This document shows, one piece after another, positions 1 through 6,808 of a stretch of DNA of 33,395 nt. Under the pieces are notes generated by a model that ran no database searches, was not told where the DNA came from, and saw only the letters and a list, made by a program, of their open reading frames with translations. Made by a program: the position numbers and the translations under genes. Each line of letters begins with the position of its first letter. Within the stretch, counting starts at the first letter, position 1. Location of the stretch: IMG/VR virus record IMGVR_UViG_3300036783_000094, positions 1-33,395 of that record; one strand, 5' to 3'. Origin of the DNA: a virus (taxonomy: Duplodnaviria; Caudoviricetes).

Positions 1-142
1 TTTGAAGACACCTCGCTAAAAGTATTTCATGTTAATGATAATACCCTTTGTTTCTTAATTTTACCTTAAAATTAGCTTATGATAACATAAAGATTGTTAT
101 ATAAAAATACATATATATGTAATACAGGAAGGATAGAATGAT

Positions 143-811
143 GTGAATGACAATGGATTGGCGGATTTAACGCATTTTTTATTCCCAGATGAAACAGAGG
201 GTCAAGTAATAAAGGATCAGTTACATAAAGGCATCACCGCTGAACGGATCTGTAGATTAAAATATAAAGAAAAAGAGAAGATAAAGGATCTGTGTCTGCA
301 AGTAAATAAAGATCGTATAATAGTAATCTGCAATAATAAACCAGAATCCCTGCCGTATGAATTAAAGGGCGAAAGTGAAATGGAGAGTTTTTGTCTTCAG
401 TTGTTCGAATGTGTGAACACGAAGGAGCTCTACAATCATGGGATTCCGGCATTACTAATGTCCAAAAGAAAGTTTGAGGAGCTGAAAAGAAGCTCATGCT
501 CATCCACACTGCAAATGCTCTCGGATTGTTTAGCCGCAGAGACAGGAGATGATGTACATTCCATCCAACTAGCACGGGTGATGAAGTGCTACATGTCAGA
601 AGGAGAATTACGACTCTGCACATCCAGTAACAGTGGATGGAGGTTCCAAAAAGCAAGTTTCATGAGCGATCATTCCAGTTGCTGGTTGTTAAGAATGAGC
701 AGTGATCCAACCAAAGACTGGCTTATAGCCCTCCCGATTACAAAAGCTCAATTATGCGGATCAGTAACAAAGTGGGTGTTGCATGCCTCCTCATTTCTTA
801 CTCCACAATAG
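143..811 (+). CDS. Hypothetical host protein (222 aa)
   Basis: Long ORF preceded by AGGAAGG RBS; overlaps the convergent amylase 3' end by 14 nt; no family recognised. Confidence 0.7.
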   Translation: MNDNGLADLTHFLFPDETEGQVIKDQLHKGITAERICRLKYKEKEKIKDLCLQVNKDRIIVICNNKPESLPYELKGESEMESFCLQLFECVNTKELYNHGIPALLMSKRKFEELKRSSCSSTLQMLSDCLAAETGDDVHSIQLARVMKCYMSEGELRLCTSSNSGWRFQKASFMSDHSSCWLLRMSSDPTKDWLIALPITKAQLCGSVTKWVLHASSFLTPQ

Positions 812-2498
812 CGGTTGAATAAGGTGGGAGGGTGAGTTGATCTGAAGTCAAGGTCGAATGATCAGCAATCGTCTTTAGGATCTTGGAGTAGGAGAAACCC
901 TCGGCATTGGGATGTAGTGCAATGGTTTGTTCTTCTCCAGTAAGGTTATGAACGACGAGCACCTGATTCTGTGTTGTTAGTCGTTCGTAAGCCATAACCC
1001 CGATATTGCCAGAAGCAAAGTCACGGATTCCTCCATCCCGGAGTGCAGGAACTTCATTTCTTATCGCAATGAGTTCGCGATATCTTTCTAGTAGTGAGCT
1101 GCTGTCATTCAGCTGGCTCTCGACATCAACGTTGACCGCATCCGCATTATGGCTTCCGACTTCCCAAGTAGTCTGCCCCTCCCCTTGATCACCTGCCATC
1201 CATCTCATAGGCTCTCGAATGCCTTCATCTGGCTTCACACCAAGCATTCCAATTTCTTCACCATAATAGATAAAAGGGTTTCCAGGCAAAGTTAACAGTA
1301 GGGCTGCTGCCATTTTAGCATGATTTGGGTTGTTGTTTAATTGACTCATGACTCTGTTTTGATCATGATTTGTCAAGAAAATGGCATCGGTAAAATGGTT
1401 ATCGGATACTTTGGAGTACAATTTATAAGTTCGTTCCAACGTAAAGGCAGTCCCACTGTCTTTTTCAGTTTTCACAGAATTTATTAGTGTTTCCGCTAAG
1501 CCAAAGTTAAAGCTTGAGTCAAAAGCTTGATCTAGATAAGCTCCGACGGTAACAGCAGAATTCTCCCATACCTCACCAACTATATATGCTTCTGGATTTA
1601 CTTCATTCATGGCTTTGCGGAACTCCTGCCACCAGGCTACATTTTTAGCGGTAATAGCCTCGTTTTTATCACTCAAAAGATCTTCGTAGATATGTTTCGC
1701 AGCATCTAACCGGAATCCATTCACACCTTGCTCCAGCCAAAATTTTCCGATGTCTTTCATTTTCGTACGAACTTCAACATTATCGAAATTCAAATCAGGC
1801 ATACCTTCCCAAAAGCCGCCCAGATAATGACTGCCTAGTAATGGATGCCATGCATTGCCACCGCCAGCTGCGCTGGCGCCATTTGCTGCACGACCTTGAT
1901 CTTCAGCCCAGACATACCAATCTCGATATTTGCTGTCGGTGTTTTTAGCCGAATCTACGAACCAAGGGTGTTCTTTGGAAGTGTGATTCACGACCAGATC
2001 CATTATTATTTTAATTCCTCGTTTATGCGCTTCCGTTATCAACTCTTGAAAATCCTCAATCGTCCCATAATCAGGATTAATTGTACGATAGTCGGTTACA
2101 TCATACCCATGATAGCTAGGCGATGGGTTGATGGGCATGAGCCAAATCCCCCCGATCCCCAAATCGTTTTTGGTCTCAGGGTTTCCGTCATTTAGGTAAT
2201 CTAGCTTTTTGGTGATTCCTTTTAGATCTCCAATGCCATCCCCGTCTGAATCATAGAAAGAACGAACAAATAATTCGTAATAAACTGAGGAAGGCTGATC
2301 GTCCACCTTGGGGATGAGATTTTCAGTTTGAGGAGTAGAAGTGCTTTGAACGGAGTCTGCTTTAGGGGAAGGAGAGGCCATGGATGGCTTATTGCTTTGA
2401 TTTCCAGAACAACCGGACAATAAAATAGCGGTTAGACTGATTCCCACCAGGCTGTAAATTGTGCTTTTTTTGGGTTGGAATTTAACATTTTTATACAT
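798..2498 (-). CDS. Lipoprotein alpha-amylase, glycoside hydrolase family 13
   Basis: GH13 motifs YHGYD, DLVVNH, GFRLDAAKH, GEVW, NHDQ; lipobox LSGC; start moved to ATG 2498 (MYKNVK) behind AGAAGGGG RBS. Confidence 0.93.
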   Translation of the reverse strand: MYKNVKFQPKKSTIYSLVGISLTAILLSGCSGNQSNKPSMASPSPKADSVQSTSTPQTENLIPKVDDQPSSVYYELFVRSFYDSDGDGIGDLKGITKKLDYLNDGNPETKNDLGIGGIWLMPINPSPSYHGYDVTDYRTINPDYGTIEDFQELITEAHKRGIKIIMDLVVNHTSKEHPWFVDSAKNTDSKYRDWYVWAEDQGRAANGASAAGGGNAWHPLLGSHYLGGFWEGMPDLNFDNVEVRTKMKDIGKFWLEQGVNGFRLDAAKHIYEDLLSDKNEAITAKNVAWWQEFRKAMNEVNPEAYIVGEVWENSAVTVGAYLDQAFDSSFNFGLAETLINSVKTEKDSGTAFTLERTYKLYSKVSDNHFTDAIFLTNHDQNRVMSQLNNNPNHAKMAAALLLTLPGNPFIYYGEEIGMLGVKPDEGIREPMRWMAGDQGEGQTTWEVGSHNADAVNVDVESQLNDSSSLLERYRELIAIRNEVPALRDGGIRDFASGNIGVMAYERLTTQNQVLVVHNLTGEEQTIALHPNAEGFSYSKILKTIADHSTLTSDQLTLPPYSTAIVE

Positions 2499-2542
2499 AT
2501 GAAATAACCCCTTCTGTTGCAATTTTCCTATACAAGAAAAGG

Positions 2543-2598
2543 AAAGCGCTTTATTTCCTATAGTACTCGAAGATATCCCCATGGGTAAAACGTTTGCA
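2543..2598. promoter_or_regulatory. Two LacI-family/cre-like palindromes upstream of the amylase
   Basis: AAAGCGCTTT (2543-2552) and GTAAAACGTTTGCA (2585-2598), both CG/GC-centred palindromes typical of CcpA/LacI operators. Confidence 0.5.
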
Positions 2599-2700
2599 CA
2601 GATACAAAAACAGCAAATCAATCGATATTTATCCATTTTTCCGACTAAAATCGCTGATATCATGGTTATTCTTGGATTTCCCTATGTTATTGGAGGTTTT

Positions 2701-2728
2701 AACCTTTTAGTAGGCATCTGCATATGCT
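2701..2728 (+). promoter_or_regulatory. SigmaK-like promoter of the ABC substrate-binding gene
   Basis: AACC (2701-2704), 16 nt, CATATGCT (2721-2728) fits the mACm-N16-CATAnnnT consensus. Confidence 0.5.
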
Positions 2729-2770
2729 TTAAGCAAGGGCGAAGGACCCGGTAAGAAAGGAGAATGAAGG

Positions 2771-3200
2771 ATGAAAATTAGGAAAAAGCTGTCATTGTCG
2801 CTCATGATCATTACTTTATGCTTTTCAGTGCTTGCCGGTTGCGGCGGAAAGTCAGAGTTGGTGAAGGTGAAGATAGGTGAAGTCACCCGTTCTGTCTTTT
2901 ACGCACCCGAATATGTTGCCTTATCGCAAAATTTCTTTAAAGATGAAGGACTTGACGTAGAGCTACAGACGATACCTGGTGGAGATAAAACCATGACTGC
3001 TCTTCTATCCGGCGCCATCGATGTTGCACTAGTAGGTTCTGAAACCTCCATTTATGTGTACCAGCAAGGTTCAGATGATCCAGTCATTAATTTTGCACAG
3101 CTGACTCAGAGGGATGGAACATTCCTGTTTGCTCGCAAGGCTGACGGAGCGTTTGATTGGGATAAAGTGAAAGGTTCTACTTTCCTGGGACAGCGTAAGG
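2771..3200 (+). pseudogene. 5' part of NitT/TauT (SsuA/THI5, YtlA-like) ABC substrate-binding lipoprotein, interrupted by the prophage
   Basis: Lipobox LAGC; motifs EVTRSVFYAP, GGDKTMTAL, LTQRDG; family-like sequence ends at FLGQRK (homologues are recalled to continue GGMPQM), after which the frame runs antisense through the integrase. Confidence 0.85.
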
Positions 3201-3225
3201 TAATTTTAGAAATACCTTTTATAGT
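3190..3225. other. Predicted prophage left attachment junction
   Basis: Host coding sense lost at ~3200, ~30 nt from the integrase stop; inverted repeat AAGGTA (3197-3202)/TACCTT (3212-3217) spans the junction. Confidence 0.65.
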
Positions 3226-3231
3226 ACGGCA

Positions 3232-4677
3232 TTACAGCCGCACATCTACGTTAATCAAAGTAGCATTAGTCACTTCAACTGCTATTACAAGTTGTCTCAG
3301 TGCGTTTTTTTGTTCGCCACGATCTTTCGATTTTAGTTCATTCTTCATTGATCCTACTCGCTTAATAAATTCATTCTCCAACGCAGTCCTTGTTGCCTTT
3401 TCTGCTTCATTAAGTCTTTCCTCAATCACTACCCGTTCGCTCTGAATGCGATCTCTCGCTTTTCTAAAGTCTTCTTTAGTAATGTCAGCATCCTCAAAAA
3501 GTTCAATCTGTCTCTGCATTTTTATATCAAGTTTTTTCAATCCAGCTTTTAACTGTGAAGTATCTACTTCACTCTGAGCGTCTTTAGTTGATATTTCTTC
3601 AGATCTACCACTATAATTTTTGGCATCCATAAGATAATCAAATACAGTATTCTCAAGTAAGTCTCTATCAATAAAGTGATGGAAACACTCGGCTCTTTTC
3701 ATATAACTTGAACAAACGTAATGGAAGTATTCTCTCCCACTAGGCTTCTTGCGATATCTACCAAACATCGGACGACCACAATGTGTACATTGAACAAGGC
3801 CTGTGAGTAACCAACGTTCATTGTCAGCCTGTTTACCACTCGTTTTCCTGGCTGTAATTGCAATCTGTAGGCGTTTAAATGTCTCCTTATCGATAATCGG
3901 TTCATGATGATCTTCAATCACAATCCACTCTTCTTTGGGACGTATCAAACTTTTGCCACGGAGGGTATAACCACGGTTATAAACAAACATACCTGCAATA
4001 GTTTCTCTCCGCATTAATTTACCAACCGAAAGCTGAGTGAATGACTTACCGTCTTTTGTCTTCACCCCCATGTCATTTACTCTTCTCATGACTTTGTGGG
4101 CACCCTCTCCTTGAAGCATCCAATTAACCATTTTTCGAACGATCTCAGCTTCTTCTTGATTTATTACATACTTAGAGTCAACCACATTGTAACCAAAGCA
4201 AGGGCGAGAAACCGCCTTATCTGTATTGGTAACTATAGATAGCATGTTTTCTCTAACACGTTCTCTGTTCCTTCCACGTTCAAACTCTGCGAAAGCACCT
4301 AGGATTTGTAAAACCATTCGTCCTGCAGCGGTAGATGTATCGAACCGTTCACCAGCAGAAGCAAAGCCACATTGTATCTCGTCCAATTCATCCACTAGCG
4401 TGAGAAGGTCTTTGAGGTTCCGACAGAGCCGATCAATCTTAGTAATAACAACCATGCTCAGTTCTTTATTTCGTGCCATATTTAACATCCTGGTTAGAGC
4501 TGGTCTTTTCATACTACCTGCGGAATAACCATCGTCTATAAAGGTCTCAATCTGTCCATCTAGCTCCATCGCATGACAATAAGCACGGAGACGTTCTTCT
4601 TGCTCATTTAAAGAATTTCCTTTCAGAGCTTGTTCATCTGTACTGACACGTATGTACAGCGCGATACGTTTATTCAT
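3232..4677 (-). CDS. Large serine recombinase (integrase)
   Basis: YIRVSTDEQ catalytic Ser, DDGYSAG..KRPAL, KIDRLCR, recombinase domain PCFGY, zinc ribbon CTHCG...YVCS...C, coiled coil. Confidence 0.96.
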   Translation of the reverse strand: MNKRIALYIRVSTDEQALKGNSLNEQEERLRAYCHAMELDGQIETFIDDGYSAGSMKRPALTRMLNMARNKELSMVVITKIDRLCRNLKDLLTLVDELDEIQCGFASAGERFDTSTAAGRMVLQILGAFAEFERGRNRERVRENMLSIVTNTDKAVSRPCFGYNVVDSKYVINQEEAEIVRKMVNWMLQGEGAHKVMRRVNDMGVKTKDGKSFTQLSVGKLMRRETIAGMFVYNRGYTLRGKSLIRPKEEWIVIEDHHEPIIDKETFKRLQIAITARKTSGKQADNERWLLTGLVQCTHCGRPMFGRYRKKPSGREYFHYVCSSYMKRAECFHHFIDRDLLENTVFDYLMDAKNYSGRSEEISTKDAQSEVDTSQLKAGLKKLDIKMQRQIELFEDADITKEDFRKARDRIQSERVVIEERLNEAEKATRTALENEFIKRVGSMKNELKSKDRGEQKNALRQLVIAVEVTNATLINVDVRL

Positions 4678-4895
4678 ATCTTTTCCTCTACCTCCAGTCG
4701 AAACTCTACAATCTCATTTAAGCTTTCACATTCTAATGCTCTGCATAGCTTATCAAGTGTCTCCAGATCCACGCGCTTTGCTCTCCCATGATATAGCTCA
4801 GCAACGGTATTGCGAGCCAATCCTGTCATTTCTATCACATCTGAGATCTTTAGTCGCTTACGACCCATTACTTCGCTTAATTTGTTCTCAATCAT
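4674..4895 (-). CDS. Xre/Cro-C1 HTH transcriptional regulator (73 aa)
   Basis: TGLARNTVAELY...VDLETLDKLCRAL pattern; ATGA overlap couples it to the integrase; AGGAG RBS. Confidence 0.9.
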   Translation of the reverse strand: MIENKLSEVMGRKRLKISDVIEMTGLARNTVAELYHGRAKRVDLETLDKLCRALECESLNEIVEFRLEVEEKI

Positions 4896-4919
4896 CTAAT
4901 CACGCTCCTAATGCTAATT

Positions 4920-4994
4920 ATAATAATGAAGTGGATGTAAATAATCAAGAAGTTAATTATTTTAATTGACTTAACGACTATATTGATGTAGTTT
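4920..4994. promoter_or_regulatory. Divergent sigmaA-like promoters with palindromic operator
   Basis: Minus: TTGATT (4948-4943), 17 nt, TATTAT (4925-4920). Plus: TTGACT (4966-4971), 17 nt, TAGTTT (4989-4994). Palindrome AAGTTAATTA-ttt-TAATTGACTT (4950-4972). Confidence 0.65.
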
Positions 4995-5000
4995 GTGAAT

Positions 5001-5210
5001 ATGAAGTTAACTGAATTGATCAATAAGTTGACTATCTATCAGGCGGACACACACAGGTGGGATAAGGGAATGGAGAAATTAAACTCACGGGATGCATACT
5101 TGATCGAAATTGCACTACGTCAAATGAAGGATGGCGTCACCGGAAGAAAGGAACTGGAGCTGCGGGCTTTAATAGAGAAACTGCAACGGGTAGATATTGA
5201 ACAGGTTTAG
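5001..5210 (+). CDS. Small hypothetical phage protein, probably leaderless
   Basis: ATG 5001 lies 7 nt after the -10 element and has no SD; in frame with the tracked ORF 4995..5210. Confidence 0.65.
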   Translation: MKLTELINKLTIYQADTHRWDKGMEKLNSRDAYLIEIALRQMKDGVTGRKELELRALIEKLQRVDIEQV

Positions 5211-5253
5211 ATATATCGAATAACCCGGGGCTAAGGCCCCTCGAAAGGAGAAA

Positions 5254-5451
5254 ATGAACATGGAATTCACCGCTAAAGAAAGGTATGCCCTTGAATCAGC
5301 ACTAGATGATTACATTAAAGGACTTCAAAAAGATATTCAAAAATGGCAAGGTAATGACGAAGTTGTGGAGGCTTGTAAGGAGTTGATGGCATCAGCAGAA
5401 TCAGCCCATGCAAAAGTCATATCATACTCCACCTGTGCAAAATCATCCTAA
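5254..5451 (+). CDS. Small hypothetical phage protein (65 aa)
   Basis: Strong RBS AAAGGAG; helical charged sequence; preceded by hairpin GGGGC-TAAG-GCCCC. Confidence 0.75.
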   Translation: MNMEFTAKERYALESALDDYIKGLQKDIQKWQGNDEVVEACKELMASAESAHAKVISYSTCAKSS

Positions 5452-5513
5452 AATAAATTCTTGATAATAAAATACGAAATTATTGTTCAAAAAATGCGAA
5501 AACCTTGTGAACC

Positions 5514-5552
5514 ATTTCCTATTTTACGTGTTATATTAGTAGCATAGGAAAT
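5514..5552 (+). promoter_or_regulatory. Extended -10 promoter (candidate late/ncRNA promoter)
   Basis: TGtTATATT (5529-5537) with no properly spaced -35; flanked by perfect inverted repeat ATTTCCTAT (5514-5522)/ATAGGAAAT (5544-5552). Confidence 0.5.
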
Positions 5553-5554
5553 CA

Positions 5555-5668
5555 AGAAAGAGCAGCACCCGACACTAACCAGTACCTGTTTGACGGCGGT
5601 AGGTAGCCAAGAGCGTAAATCCTACAGAGAGTCGCAAGGGTATCATTTGCGGGATAGCTGTTCTTTTT
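5555..5668 (+). ncRNA. Unassigned structured RNA domain
   Basis: 12-bp closing helix 5555-5566/5657-5668 with G-U pairs and internal hairpins (TACCTG...TAGGTA; CGCAAG...TTTGCG). Confidence 0.4.
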
Positions 5669-5677
5669 GTTTTCTTA

Positions 5678-5738
5678 GATGTGGTGGCGGAATAGGTAGA
5701 CGCACAGAACTGCAAGGTGCAAATCCTTGCCTACATCA
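5678..5738 (+). ncRNA. tRNA-like element lacking an anticodon arm
   Basis: Acceptor GATGTGG/CTACATC, Leu-type D arm TGGCGGAATAGGTAGACGC, T arm GCAAGG-TGCAAAT-CCTTGC; only 8 nt (ACAGAACT) between D and T arms. Confidence 0.7.
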
Positions 5739-5861
5739 ATAATGCATCCTGTCACACCGTCTGAGGGCGCGTACCACGCGTTTTAGGTAGTGATGGGACA
5801 AATATACTCCCTGCATGTACAGGCTGTACGAAACGTCTTCGTGCGGTCTGTGAGGGGATAT

Positions 5862-5933
5862 GCGGGGTTAGTGTAACGGTAGCACCTCGGATGTAAACGA
5901 CCGATAGTGGAGGTTCGAATCCTCTTCTCCGCT
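5862..5933 (+). tRNA. Atypical or pseudo-tRNA, anticodon unassignable
   Basis: Acceptor GCGGGGT/TCTCCGC, D arm GTGT-AACGGTA-GCAC, T arm GGAGG-TTCGAAT-CCTCT; anticodon stem only 4 bp (TCGG/CCGA) around a 10-nt loop; no encoded CCA. Confidence 0.7.
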
Positions 5934-6057
5934 ATAAAAGATATATCTTCCATACACTGAATATAAAGATGTGATTTAAAATAATGCTAAAATTAAGTTG
6001 AAAAAGGGAAAAGCCTCTTTTGAGTAGAATTGTTATAAAAAAAGGAGGTTTTTTTAA

Positions 6058-6708
6058 GTGACATTAGTAAATGCAGTTTATATCCCAACAGGCATTATTC
6101 TATCTGCGGACAGTAGGACTAGTGGTAATGGGTTTGTTGTATCTGATGCTACAAATAAAGTATTTTTACTATTTGGTAGAATTGGAGTTGTAACAGCTGG
6201 GAGCGCACATATTAACTCAATGCCTATAGAACATTATATAAAAGTATTTGAAATGGATAATGTTAAAGAAGGGCACACCGCTCTTGTCTACGATATAACA
6301 GCAAAGCTAGGTAGATACTTTAAAGAACTATCTGAGGAAAATAATGTTTATTTCATGATTGCGGGATATGATAATAATGAAGCGTTTCTATATGAACTCA
6401 ACTCGATTCAAGGAGACGAAAGAATAAATAGGCTCAATTCAGCAAACCCAGGGATCCTTGACTACGGATTAGCATGGTTTGGAGAAGTTGAAGTAGCTAA
6501 TCGATTAACTAGTGGGCAATACATGCCAGCGTTTAATTTTATGAATATTCAAGATGCTATTGATTACTCAAGGCATTTGATAAGAACAACTATTGATCAA
6601 CTCAGATTTGAACCACGATTCGCTACTGTTGGTGGAGAGATTGATACACTTTTGATCCAGCCAGAAGGTGGCGTATATATAAACAAAAAAGATTTAACTT
6701 TTAAATAA
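6058..6708 (+). CDS. Proteasome-beta/HslV-like Ntn-hydrolase (threonine peptidase fold)
   Basis: After Met removal Thr1, Asp17 (ADSR), Lys33 and Gly47 fall at proteasome beta numbering; C-terminal TVGG; AAAGGAGG RBS. Confidence 0.85.
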   Translation: MTLVNAVYIPTGIILSADSRTSGNGFVVSDATNKVFLLFGRIGVVTAGSAHINSMPIEHYIKVFEMDNVKEGHTALVYDITAKLGRYFKELSEENNVYFMIAGYDNNEAFLYELNSIQGDERINRLNSANPGILDYGLAWFGEVEVANRLTSGQYMPAFNFMNIQDAIDYSRHLIRTTIDQLRFEPRFATVGGEIDTLLIQPEGGVYINKKDLTFK

Positions 6709-6718
6709 GGCGTTAGAG

Positions 6719-6744
6719 AAAGGCACCCTAATCGGTGCTTTTTT
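6719..6744 (+). terminator. Intrinsic terminator
   Basis: AAAGGCACC-ctaatc-GGTGCTTTT followed by T run. Confidence 0.75.
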
Positions 6745-6808
6745 AGTTTAATTACAAATAAAGGAATCGGTCGCTTAGTGTCGAAGTTTGATGCTGGGAG
6801 GGGAAAAT

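Noticed and set aside
2499-2663. N-terminal extension of the amylase ORF
   Set aside because: The RBS, signal peptide and lipobox fit ATG 2498, and the extension covers operator-like sites
2771-3445. 224-aa ORF as a complete gene
   Set aside because: Residues after FLGQRK are att and antisense integrase sequence, so the ORF is a chimera created by integration
5555-5668. Known riboswitch or self-cleaving ribozyme
   Set aside because: I could not match the conserved cores of c-di-GMP, SAM, TPP, T-box, hammerhead or HDV-like families by eye; left unassigned pending an Rfam search
5862-5933. Amber suppressor tRNA explaining fibre TAG read-through
   Set aside because: The loop contains no CTA anticodon
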